Source of the DNA: an uncultured archaeon
GTDB taxonomy: Archaea; Aenigmatarchaeota; Aenigmatarchaeia; CG10238-14; SCSR01
Assembly: GCA_964372485.1 (NCBI GenBank)
Contig: CAYJQI010000001.1
Coordinates: 192,001-256,000, forward strand
Reading direction: 5' to 3'
Length of the DNA: 64,000 nucleotides
This document shows, one piece after another, positions 9,156 to 18,126 of the stretch (its first letter is position 1; the number at the start of each line of letters is the position of its first letter). Made by a program: the position numbers and the translations under genes. Below the pieces are notes generated by a model. The model had not been told where the DNA came from. It saw only the letters and a list, made by a program, of their open reading frames with translations, and did not search any database.

Positions 9156-10450
9156 AAGTTATTCTAGCTCTTAGCTCATACAAGAGTACAAAGTATGTTG
9201 CAGGTAGATTATCGAAGGCAAAAGACGTTGTCGGAATAATTTTCGAAAGACCGCGTACAAAAAAAGAAATTATATCTAGATGGATGAAACGTGCAAAAAA
9301 ACGAGGTGTGATAAAATTATTCGATGAAGTTATATTCAGAGTTTTTGATTCTCTTGCACAAAAACAAGATTTGTTGGATTCGGATCCAGATTCTATATAT
9401 CCAGAAAGTATACCGAAATGTTATGTTAAAAGTGTGAATGATGAAGAAGCTGTAAAATTCATGAAAGACCTTAAACCGGATGTTCTAGTTGTGTATGGAA
9501 CCAGTATATTGAAAAAAGATGTCATTGGTATACCTTCAAAAGGTGTTCTGAATATTCATCCAGGGATAACTCCAGAATATCGTGGGCTAGATCCAATATT
9601 TTGGGCGATAAAGAATAAGGAATTTGACAAAATTGGAGTTACAATTCATTTTATTGATGAAGGGATTGATACAGGAAAAATTGTTAAACAATCTACAGTA
9701 AACGTAGAATCTAATGATTCTTATGAATCATTATTTGTCAAAGTTTTGAAAAAAGGTGTTGATCTTATGATTGAATCATTGACATTGATGGAAAATAATC
9801 AGATCTCTACATTCGAAAAATCTGAAGCTGTTAGTAAATTGTATCAACGACCAGGAATTTCAAATTATTTTGGCTTTCGTCGAGGATTGAAGGAAATATC
9901 AAGAGTGATTAAAGATGAAAAATTCAAAATCAGAAAGGTTCTTATTGAACAACGAAATTCGATGAGCGATGAAAAAGTTTTAGAAAAAAGTGCGAAGATC
10001 GTTGAAAATATTAAAAACTCTGATTCATTCAAAAAAGCGAACAAAGTAATGATATATTCTGAAACGGGAAATGAAGTCAAATTAAGTTCACTGCTGAATG
10101 AGAAAAAGGAATTTTATTTACCAAAAATAATCTATGAAAAAATAATGCCTGTTAAATTTGAAGGGTCTGATAAGTTGATGGTGAATAAATTCAACATAAA
10201 AGAACCTGTTGGGAATGAAACTAGCGATCAAATAGAAATATGTCTGGTTCCTGGTGTTGGATTTGATGAAAAAGGAAACAGAATTGGTTATGGTAAAGGG
10301 TTTTATGACAAATTTTTAAGAGAATTTAAAGGTCTAAAGATAGGTGTGTGTTATGATTTCCAATTGGTAAAGGAAATACCATCAAATGATCACGATATAA
10401 AAATGGATTTTGTAATAACAGAGGAAAAGATCTATGAGAACAGACGGTAA
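9152..10450 (+). CDS. Fusion protein: formyltransferase domain (Fmt/sugar N-formyltransferase-like) plus 5-formyltetrahydrofolate cyclo-ligase (MTHFS)
   Basis: N-terminal half has LNIHPGITPEYRGLDPIFWAI..GVTIHFIDEGIDTGKIV (N-x-H and D catalytic positions of formyl_trans_N). C-terminal half has IRKVLIEQR..VMIYSETGNEV..LVPGVGFDEKGNRIGYGKGFYDKFL..DHDIKMDFVITE (MTHFS signature). Confidence 0.8.
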   Translation: MKVILALSSYKSTKYVAGRLSKAKDVVGIIFERPRTKKEIISRWMKRAKKRGVIKLFDEVIFRVFDSLAQKQDLLDSDPDSIYPESIPKCYVKSVNDEEAVKFMKDLKPDVLVVYGTSILKKDVIGIPSKGVLNIHPGITPEYRGLDPIFWAIKNKEFDKIGVTIHFIDEGIDTGKIVKQSTVNVESNDSYESLFVKVLKKGVDLMIESLTLMENNQISTFEKSEAVSKLYQRPGISNYFGFRRGLKEISRVIKDEKFKIRKVLIEQRNSMSDEKVLEKSAKIVENIKNSDSFKKANKVMIYSETGNEVKLSSLLNEKKEFYLPKIIYEKIMPVKFEGSDKLMVNKFNIKEPVGNETSDQIEICLVPGVGFDEKGNRIGYGKGFYDKFLREFKGLKIGVCYDFQLVKEIPSNDHDIKMDFVITEEKIYENRR

Positions 10451-11273
10451 AGAGATTGCATCTGAAGTAAGAGCTCAACTCAAAGAACAACTAGAAAAAA
10501 TAAAGAGCGAGTATAATGAAATACCAAAGTTGTCTACGATTCTAGTCGGAGATGATCCTAGTTCACATGTTTATGTAAAGAGAAAGGAGCAAGCTGCAAA
10601 CGAATTGGGAATAAAATTCGAGAAGCATACTCTAAATGCGAATGTAAGCACTGAAGAAATTCTGGAATTGATTGAAAAATTAAACAATGATGATACTTGT
10701 AATGCGATATTAGTGCAATTGCCACTTCCCAACCAAGATACAGAACGAATATTACAATCCATAGATCCGAAAAAGGATGTTGATTGTCTTCACCCATTCA
10801 ATATAGGAATGCTTTCCAACGAAATGAAAAACCATTTACTACCACCAACCGTTGCAGCGATAATGAAATTCATCGAAGATGAAGAAATAGCTGGTAGAAA
10901 GATCGTAATAATTGGAACGGGGAAATTAGTTGGATTACCATTGAGTATATATTTGATTAACAAAAATGCTACTGTAATTACATGCAATAAACACACCCCG
11001 AATTGGGGAATCTACACAAAAGATGCTGAAATAATTGTTAGTTGTGCGGGTGTACCTAATCTCATACAAGAAAATATGGTTAAGCAAGGCGCAAAAATAA
11101 TTGATGCAGGAATAAACAAAGTTGGTGATAGTGTTGTTGGTGATGTTGATTATGAAAATGTTAGTAAGAAGGCTCTCGTTACTCCAGTTCCTGGCGGAGT
11201 AGGACCTGTAACTGTGGAAATGTTACTAAAAAATACTCTAGATTTGTTTGAAAGGCAGAAAACTGGAAATTAA
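10434..11273 (+). CDS. folD: Bifunctional 5,10-methylene-THF dehydrogenase / 5,10-methenyl-THF cyclohydrolase
   Basis: GKEIA..LSTILVGDDPSSHVYVKRKEQAA..ILVQLPLP..VDCLHPFNIG..PPTVAAIM..VIIGTGKLVG.PL..PVPGGVGPVTVEMLL. Start overlaps the upstream gene by 17 nt. Confidence 0.9.
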   Translation: MRTDGKEIASEVRAQLKEQLEKIKSEYNEIPKLSTILVGDDPSSHVYVKRKEQAANELGIKFEKHTLNANVSTEEILELIEKLNNDDTCNAILVQLPLPNQDTERILQSIDPKKDVDCLHPFNIGMLSNEMKNHLLPPTVAAIMKFIEDEEIAGRKIVIIGTGKLVGLPLSIYLINKNATVITCNKHTPNWGIYTKDAEIIVSCAGVPNLIQENMVKQGAKIIDAGINKVGDSVVGDVDYENVSKKALVTPVPGGVGPVTVEMLLKNTLDLFERQKTGN

Positions 11274-11275
11274 CC

Positions 11276-11452
11276 TTAGAACAATGGATAAATGAAAGGT
11301 GCGACTCCAGATACTTGAGCTACGATTATCAAAGCACCGAAGGCAATAAGTACAACTATCAACGGTATTAACCACCATAACTTTCTCTTAATTAGGAATT
11401 TCATCAAGGCGCCGACTATACCGAACGCACCAAGAATTTTTGAAAATACCAT
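11276..11452 (-). CDS. Small membrane protein of DUF5989/SxtK-like type (below the ORF-track cutoff, found by manual translation)
   Basis: Translates to MVFSKILGAFGIVGALMKFLIKRKLWWLIPLIVVLIAFGALIIVAQVSGVAPFIYPLF (58 aa). The basic patch + TM + C-terminal APFIY.LF pattern matches small proteins I recall accompanying carbamoyltransferases. Family call is from memory, not searched. Confidence 0.5.
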   Translation of the reverse strand: MVFSKILGAFGIVGALMKFLIKRKLWWLIPLIVVLIAFGALIIVAQVSGVAPFIYPLF

Positions 11453-11465
11453 GTTTGGTATTGGA

Positions 11466-12560
11466 TTATTGCTTATTTAAATCTAACAGGCCCTCGGATT
11501 GGAGGAAGTTGTAGATTTCTTCTGCAGCAAATTCATTCCCATCAACGTTAAAGTGCGAGTCTATTCCATAGAATAACTGTGAATTTGAAGATTCTTCTCT
11601 GAAGGATGGGACGAGATTAAGACATATCAAACTGTTTTCAATACAAATCTGATCGATGATGTTTGTGTAATAGTCCATGTCAATTTCATTGAAATCTGGT
11701 ATCTTATCTGAAATGAGATGGCTGTAGACCTGTTCTTTACTAGGCATTATTAGCACCACCATCTGTGCACCGATTGAACTGGATAATTTTTCAATATTGA
11801 GAAGTGATTCTTTTGTTTTGAATATACCATCTTTCGTAGCTGAACTGTTTACTATTTCTTTGTGTGGTAGAAGAGATGGTTGGAAAGTAAGATTGAATTT
11901 TGCATCGTTGTAATTAATTCCATTGGAAATATCTGAATCAAATATTTTGTATTTGTAATAACGAATGAAACTGTATGTTTTTGTATTCCACTGTAACCAA
12001 TTTCTTACTTCTCTGAAATCATCATCAAGCAAATGGTTACCTTCAATGTCATTATAATAAAATTGTACAAGAACTAATTTTGGATTAAGTTTGATTCCGT
12101 AATTTTCAAATTGTTTCTCAGATTGTATAGTAGAATATGCAGAAACTCCCATATTGATGAAATCTTTATCGGATTTAGTTTCTAATTTCTCAACCCATGT
12201 ATTTTGCATATCAACTGCACCAAATGTGAAAGAATCTCCGAGAACTACGGCATAAACAGAGCCATTCACACCATCATCTCTAAAACCAATCTTCTCTAAT
12301 CCTAGATCTACAGTGTTAACATTGAAAATATTTCCGTCCAACAGTTGGACGTTGACATTTATGTTTGGTTTTATTTTCCACAGAGTGATAGGATCGTATC
12401 CCATAAATTGTATTGGGTTGATTCCTTGTGTGTATGTTCCTGTATCCGGAGATACAAGCGAAACTAATCTTAGAAATCCTTCAAGAATTAAAAGTGCGAA
12501 CAACATTACAAAAAACAAACTCAAGATGCTGTAAATTATTTTTTTGTATATGGTTTTCAT
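11466..12560 (-). CDS. Membrane-anchored SGNH/GDSL-like hydrolase or acyltransferase (AlgX/AlgJ-like context)
   Basis: N-terminal TM segment (IIYSILSLFFVMLFALLILEGF). Block-I-like VVLGDSFTFG. DSHFN near the C-terminus (block V D-x-x-H-like). Start overlaps the carbamoyltransferase stop. Confidence 0.6.
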   Translation of the reverse strand: MKTIYKKIIYSILSLFFVMLFALLILEGFLRLVSLVSPDTGTYTQGINPIQFMGYDPITLWKIKPNINVNVQLLDGNIFNVNTVDLGLEKIGFRDDGVNGSVYAVVLGDSFTFGAVDMQNTWVEKLETKSDKDFINMGVSAYSTIQSEKQFENYGIKLNPKLVLVQFYYNDIEGNHLLDDDFREVRNWLQWNTKTYSFIRYYKYKIFDSDISNGINYNDAKFNLTFQPSLLPHKEIVNSSATKDGIFKTKESLLNIEKLSSSIGAQMVVLIMPSKEQVYSHLISDKIPDFNEIDMDYYTNIIDQICIENSLICLNLVPSFREESSNSQLFYGIDSHFNVDGNEFAAEEIYNFLQSEGLLDLNKQ

Positions 12561-14278
12561 TTTATCTCTTTGTCTACTACAAAATTACCGAGAACTAAAG
12601 TATCAAGACCACTGTTACTGAAAGTATTCCATGCATTCTGAGGTGTATTTACAATAGGTTCTCCTCGTAGGTTGAAGCTTGTATTCAAAACTGTATTAAC
12701 ACCTGTCTTTTCTCCAAAGCTTTTTATCAATTCATAATAAAGCGGGCTCTGATCTTTGAAAACTGTTTGTAATCTTGCTGTACCATCGACATGTGTAACT
12801 GCAGGTATAACTGATTTTTTATTTTCCTTCACTGGGACAACATACAACATGAATCTTGGTGGATAGTGATTTTGGGAATCGGATATATCGAAAAATTCTT
12901 CTGCATTTTCAACTGTAACTGCTGGTGCAAATGGTCTGAAAGGTTCACGGAATTTTATTTTGATATTAATTGTATCTTTCATTTCTGCTTTTCTTGGATC
13001 AGCAATTATACTTCTACTTCCTAATGCACGTGGGCCCCATTCGAATCTGCCTTGGAACCATCCAATAACTTTACCATCTTTTATTTTATCTGAAACTGCA
13101 TCAACCAATTCATTATCATTTTGAATGAAATTGTATTTGATATTGTTCTTGTCGAGGAATTCTTTTATTTCATCATTAGTATAACCTTTCCCTAGATATG
13201 CATTATTCATGACATACTTTCTAGGCATATTTAGAATACTGTTATACACATACAATGCAGCTCCTATTGCTGCACCTGAATCTCCTGCAGCTGGTTGAAT
13301 AAAAATCTTTTCGAACGGACCTTCTTTGATAATTTTCCCATTTGCTTTTGAGTTGAGAGCAACTCCACCAGCCATGCATAAATTTTTCATTCCGGTTATT
13401 TTTTTAGCTTGTTGAACAATTTTCATCATTACTTCTTCGGTAACTTGTTGAACACTAGCTGCGATATCGGCATAATGTTGATCTATTGTATCTCTGTCCT
13501 TTGGATTTCGTGGTTTACCGAAAAGTTCCAGGAATTTTTTGCTATAAGTATTCTTTTCCGATCTGTGAAAATCAAAATATTTCATATTCAAGTTGAAACT
13601 ACCATCATCTTTTATATCGATTGTTTTCTTGACCTTGTCAACATAGATTGGTTTACCATATGGTGCCATACCCATAACTTTGTACTCACCTTCCAACACT
13701 TCGAAACCTAGAAATGCGGTATATCCACTATACAAAAGTCCTAGTGAGTTGGGGAATTTTATTTCCTTGAGAATTTTTACTTCATTTCCATTTCCTATAC
13801 CGATTGATGTTGTAGTCCATTCACCGACACCATCCATTGTAATTATTGCAGACTCTTCGAATGGTGAACATAGGAATGCGCTTGAAGCATGAGAGAGATG
13901 ATGTTCACTGAAAAGAATTTTATCATCTGCGATGTTCAATTTGTGTTTGAGCGCGTTCTTTATCCAGAGTTTTACTTTCAACCATGACAACATGGATTCA
14001 CGAAATGGTGCATGTGTTGCTGGAAATCCACTAAGAAGTGTCATCATGACACGTTCAAATTTCAAAAATGGCTTTTCATGGAAAACTACATAATCCACTT
14101 CACTTGGTTTAATATTTCCCTGTTGTAAAACAAAATCTATTGCATTATCTGGAAATCCACTATCGTGTTTTTTCCTGGAAAATCTTTCTTCTTCTGCTGC
14201 CGCAACAACTATACCATCCTTAACCAAAGCTGCAGCTGAATCATGATAGTGACATGATACACCCAAAATGTTTGTCAT
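12557..14278 (-). CDS. NodU/CmcH-family O-carbamoyltransferase
   Basis: ILGVSCHYHDSAAALVKDGIVVAAAEEERFSRKKHDSGFP..HHLSHASSAF..MAGGVALN..PAAGDSGAAIGAA..FEWGPRALGSRSI..LNTSFNLRGEPIV are family hallmark blocks. Confidence 0.9.
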   Translation of the reverse strand: MTNILGVSCHYHDSAAALVKDGIVVAAAEEERFSRKKHDSGFPDNAIDFVLQQGNIKPSEVDYVVFHEKPFLKFERVMMTLLSGFPATHAPFRESMLSWLKVKLWIKNALKHKLNIADDKILFSEHHLSHASSAFLCSPFEESAIITMDGVGEWTTTSIGIGNGNEVKILKEIKFPNSLGLLYSGYTAFLGFEVLEGEYKVMGMAPYGKPIYVDKVKKTIDIKDDGSFNLNMKYFDFHRSEKNTYSKKFLELFGKPRNPKDRDTIDQHYADIAASVQQVTEEVMMKIVQQAKKITGMKNLCMAGGVALNSKANGKIIKEGPFEKIFIQPAAGDSGAAIGAALYVYNSILNMPRKYVMNNAYLGKGYTNDEIKEFLDKNNIKYNFIQNDNELVDAVSDKIKDGKVIGWFQGRFEWGPRALGSRSIIADPRKAEMKDTINIKIKFREPFRPFAPAVTVENAEEFFDISDSQNHYPPRFMLYVVPVKENKKSVIPAVTHVDGTARLQTVFKDQSPLYYELIKSFGEKTGVNTVLNTSFNLRGEPIVNTPQNAWNTFSNSGLDTLVLGNFVVDKEIK

Positions 14279-14523
14279 TGTTCTCGTGCCTCTTCTAGAG
14301 TTTTGATATTTGGTTTTTCTTTATCGTCCCATGTTTCTGGACGTTTCTTTATGCGCAATCTGTCGGAAAAAAGAGTAATTAGAACACCTGGGATCAAGAA
14401 AAGTGTGAAAAATAAGATTTCGAGTATAATTCTACCTTGGAAATTTCCTACAGTCTCGGAGACTCGCCTCCATCTCTTCCATAAACCAGGTTTTTTAGTT
14501 TCAGTTTTATTATTCATATCCAC
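14275..14523 (-). CDS. Small membrane protein translationally coupled to the carbamoyltransferase (SxtJ-like position)
   Basis: 82 aa with one or two hydrophobic segments (GRIILEILFFTLFLIPGVLITLF). Its stop overlaps the carbamoyltransferase start (4-nt overlap). Family not verifiable here. Confidence 0.4.
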   Translation of the reverse strand: MDMNNKTETKKPGLWKRWRRVSETVGNFQGRIILEILFFTLFLIPGVLITLFSDRLRIKKRPETWDDKEKPNIKTLEEAREQ

Positions 14524-14595
14524 ACTATATCTATGTAAACGAAAAGTCTATAAACTTTCTTCTTAGTAGGGATATGGCCATAAATTGTTTATAAA

Positions 14596-15501
14596 ATGCA
14601 TTTTTTAATGAAAGTTATGAAAGAACCACTTGTATCGGTAGTTATTCCTAGCTATAATGGCAAAGAACTCACGGTAAATTTGTTAAAATCTATCAAGAAA
14701 ACAACTTACAAAAATTACGAGGTTGTTGTGGTTGATAATGGATCTAATGATGGGTGTTACGAGTATGTTAAAAAGAACTATCCATATGTGAAAGCTGTAA
14801 AAGTGGAGGTGAATAAGGGAATTGCCAGAGGATTGAATGCTGGAATTGAAAAGAGCAAGGGCGAGTATCTGGTTATGATGAACAATGATATGGTGGTTGA
14901 CCCTGAATGGTTGACTTATTTGGTTGAAGCAGCGAATTCGGACAAGAAGATTGGAATTGTTGGATATGCTTTGCTGGAATTTGGGTTGAAGAAGGACATC
15001 ATACAAAGATTAGGATATTCTGAAACAGGGAAAATATTGTTGAGATTCGAAGCTGTCGGTAAAGGGCAGGAACATAAAAATCAATTTCCTGAAGTTTTAC
15101 CTGTAGATCATACATTCGGGCTAGTGAAACGAGAAGTTATCAAAAAAATTGGGGCATTTGATGAGAAGACTTTCATGTCATGGGACGAAGTTGATTTGTG
15201 TTATAGAGCTAGGAAAATTGGATATACAACTGTTGCTGCAACAAAATCAAAAGTATACCATATGGGAAGCATCACTGTAAAGAAAACTCCTTACTTGAGA
15301 GTATTTCACTATCATAAAAATCGAATAAGATTCATATTGAAACATCTTTCACCGTTTAGAAAGTTAGTAAATCTTCCATTGACGATTGGATATTATATTT
15401 TGGAAAGTGGTATCTCGTTGGTGAAGGGAGATTTTAAGAACAGTATGGCCATATGGAATGCAATTTTCTGGAATATTAGAAATTTGAGAGATTATTTCTA
15501 G
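14596..15501 (+). CDS. Family-2 glycosyltransferase (GT2)
   Basis: VSVVIPSYNGKE..VVVDNGSNDG..GIARGLNAGI..MMNNDMVV..WDEVDLCYR. The true start may be an internal Met (MKVMKE). Confidence 0.85.
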   Translation: MHFLMKVMKEPLVSVVIPSYNGKELTVNLLKSIKKTTYKNYEVVVVDNGSNDGCYEYVKKNYPYVKAVKVEVNKGIARGLNAGIEKSKGEYLVMMNNDMVVDPEWLTYLVEAANSDKKIGIVGYALLEFGLKKDIIQRLGYSETGKILLRFEAVGKGQEHKNQFPEVLPVDHTFGLVKREVIKKIGAFDEKTFMSWDEVDLCYRARKIGYTTVAATKSKVYHMGSITVKKTPYLRVFHYHKNRIRFILKHLSPFRKLVNLPLTIGYYILESGISLVKGDFKNSMAIWNAIFWNIRNLRDYF

Positions 15502-15502
15502 T

Positions 15503-16468
15503 TCACACAGTCCCATTTGATTGTGGAACAACAGATTTTTTAGACATTGGATTAATTCCTGGTATGCAGGGTAAAAGACCGCAAATTTTTATGTATCTAT
15601 CTACAGTTTTCACGTCATCAATCTTAGAAGAATGAATACATAACCAATTTCTTACCTTATTGTAATTCTCAGGCGATTTGATTTGTTTCAACCCCGCACG
15701 CGATATTTCAAAAGCTTCGTATCCTAGATCTTTTATCGTTGAATATAGATCTTTGACTGTGAATCCTGATCTGGCCAAGAATTTTGGATAACACTCCAGT
15801 ACGATAGCAGGTTTGTTTTCCTTCAAATAATTCTTACCGCCTTGTAAAATAGAAAGGTCAGCTCCTTCTGCATCAATGAATATTAGTTTTGCGTTTTTGA
15901 TTGAAAGAGAATCAAGAGTTACACAGTCGACTTCAATTGTTTCGGCTGTTGTTTTCTCATTTTCTGCAAGTATATGCGCCAAACCAGTTGATTCTTTCGG
16001 TAATGGTATGACGAACTTGACTTTTTTTACACTGTCCCCAACGGCATTGTTGGAAATTATGATATTTTTGTATTGTGAATCATCTGCAGTTTTCTTTAAC
16101 GAAACCAAATTCGAAGGAAGAGGTTCAAATGCATAAACTTTACCGGAAGAACCCATTATATCAGAAAATCCAATAGTTTCTGTACCAATGTGAGATCCGA
16201 TTTCAATAATTGTATCTCCTGACCGACATAATGCGATAGATATAGCTAAATTTCTCCATTCATGATAACCATGGATACTGAATCTGTAAGCTTGCGAGTC
16301 ACTAATTCTGTTAGTTAATGAAGATCCTGTCTGTGATTTGGCAGTAAATGTAAAATCATTCTGTCTTGCAACTTTAATTGGATAAATTAAATTTCTCAAA
16401 CTCTGTGAAAGTAGAGGAGGTAAAACTCTGCAGGTATTTTTCGCGATAAGAAATCTTATAGGTCTCAT
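15503..16468 (-). CDS. FkbM-family SAM-dependent methyltransferase
   Basis: GDTIIEIGSHIGTETIGFS..KVYAFEPLPSN..LIFIDAEGADLSILQG, typical of FkbM-family O-methyltransferases in glycan clusters. Confidence 0.7.
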   Translation of the reverse strand: MRPIRFLIAKNTCRVLPPLLSQSLRNLIYPIKVARQNDFTFTAKSQTGSSLTNRISDSQAYRFSIHGYHEWRNLAISIALCRSGDTIIEIGSHIGTETIGFSDIMGSSGKVYAFEPLPSNLVSLKKTADDSQYKNIIISNNAVGDSVKKVKFVIPLPKESTGLAHILAENEKTTAETIEVDCVTLDSLSIKNAKLIFIDAEGADLSILQGGKNYLKENKPAIVLECYPKFLARSGFTVKDLYSTIKDLGYEAFEISRAGLKQIKSPENYNKVRNWLCIHSSKIDDVKTVDRYIKICGLLPCIPGINPMSKKSVVPQSNGTV

Positions 16469-16529
16469 TGATCACACATTTTATGACCTGTTGTTTCAAT
16501 TTTATAAAACTATGTGTATGATTATAATA

Positions 16530-17393
16530 ATGAAAATTCACATTACTGGAGCGAATGGATTTTTAGCACAGCATGTTATTGAGGCTTGCAAGGATCTTGG
16601 TGAAATACAAAAATCGGATATAGACACGATGGATATAGCGGACGCTGAAAGTGTTCTATACAATCTTCAAAAAGATGTTCCAGATGTTGTTGTTAATCTT
16701 GCAGCATTGCAAGGTAGAGCTGTGAGCCGTGAAAGACCAACTGATTTCTTCAAAGTTAACACATGGGGAACGTTGAACTTGCTAGAAGCTTGTAGAAAGT
16801 TGGGAATTAAAAAGTTCGTTTTGATGTCATCTTTGACTGTACATGGTAAAAGTGATGTACCAATTGATGAAAATGCACCAATAACACCATTACATCCATA
16901 TGGCGCAAGTAAAGCTGCAGCAGAAGCTGCTGTACAATCATACTCGAAATCATTCGGAATTGATGCTGCGATTCTAAGACCAAATTTTATTGCAGGAAAG
17001 GTGCCTAAGAATTATACAGAGAGTTTAATTTTCAATTTTATGAAAAATTTGGATGAAAAAGGATTTATCGAACTCGCAGGTGATGGACATTTCCAGCGTG
17101 AATGGATTCATCCGAAAGATATAGCGAACGCAATAAGGCTATGTATAACATCTGATATTAAAGGTGTCGAAACTTTCATACTTTCAGATCCAAAGAATAG
17201 ATTAAGTATGATGGAACTTGCGAAAAAACTATTGAACAAGGCTGGAAAGGGTGAAATAAAAACAAATTCTACAATAGAAGGTTTTAGTTTGATATCAGAT
17301 GCGAAAAAAGCAAGAGAAAAATTAAAATGGCAACCACAAGTAGATATTGATACAATAATCGAGGAGATATGGAATGGATACAAGTCAGGGTAA
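16530..17393 (+). CDS. NAD-dependent sugar epimerase/dehydratase/reductase (extended SDR)
   Basis: MKIHITGANGFLAQHV (Rossmann GxxGxxA) and YGASKAAAE (YxxxK). The ATG at 16530 is preferred over the track start at 16491. Confidence 0.8.
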   Translation: MKIHITGANGFLAQHVIEACKDLGEIQKSDIDTMDIADAESVLYNLQKDVPDVVVNLAALQGRAVSRERPTDFFKVNTWGTLNLLEACRKLGIKKFVLMSSLTVHGKSDVPIDENAPITPLHPYGASKAAAEAAVQSYSKSFGIDAAILRPNFIAGKVPKNYTESLIFNFMKNLDEKGFIELAGDGHFQREWIHPKDIANAIRLCITSDIKGVETFILSDPKNRLSMMELAKKLLNKAGKGEIKTNSTIEGFSLISDAKKAREKLKWQPQVDIDTIIEEIWNGYKSG

Positions 17394-18126
17394 GACGATA
17401 ATAATAACTGGAGTTAGTAGAGGAATTGGGAATCATCTTGCGAAACGATTTTTGAAAGAAGGTTTCAATGTAATTGGGATTAGCAGAAGCGAAGCGGATA
17501 TACAAGATGTGAATTTTCAACATATCAAAATGGATATGAGCAATATTGAAGAGATCAAACAAAACTTTGACAAAATACCTACGGAATCTTTATATGGAGT
17601 CATCAATAATGCCGGAGAACATGGACCATTAGGACCATTTGAGAAAAATGATATTAAAAAATGGGTTGATACGTTCTATGTGAATTTATTTGGAGCGGCT
17701 GCATTAACACAATTGTGTGTGCCAACTCTCAGAAAGAATAAAGGCTTTGTAATATTCCTTTCAGGTGGGGGATCTGGAACTGCGAAACCTAATTTCAGTG
17801 CATATAGTGTAAGCAAGACTGCTGTTGTACGGTTGGCTGAAAATTTGGCGAAAGAATTATCACCAGATGTGTTTGTTTATTGTGTTGCACCTGGACCTAA
17901 CAGAACAAAAATGTTAGAAACGGCTATGAAAGCTGGTGATGAAGTAAGGGAAAGTGATATTGTTGATTTTGATAAACCAGAAAACTTGTGTTTGTTCCTT
18001 GCGAAGAATCGTAATCAAAAATATTCAGGAAAGTTCATTCACGTTGTTGATAAATACGAAAATTGGGGAGATGAAGAACTCTCAGATGAGATGTATAAAT
18101 TAAGAAGGACAAAAGTTGTAAAATAA
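17374..18126 (+). CDS. Classical short-chain dehydrogenase/reductase (SDR)
   Basis: TIIITGVSRGIGNHLAKRF (TGxxxGxG), NNAG, and YSVSKTAV (YxxxK). Overlaps the upstream gene by 20 nt. Confidence 0.8.
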   Translation: MDTSQGKTIIITGVSRGIGNHLAKRFLKEGFNVIGISRSEADIQDVNFQHIKMDMSNIEEIKQNFDKIPTESLYGVINNAGEHGPLGPFEKNDIKKWVDTFYVNLFGAAALTQLCVPTLRKNKGFVIFLSGGGSGTAKPNFSAYSVSKTAVVRLAENLAKELSPDVFVYCVAPGPNRTKMLETAMKAGDEVRESDIVDFDKPENLCLFLAKNRNQKYSGKFIHVVDKYENWGDEELSDEMYKLRRTKVVK

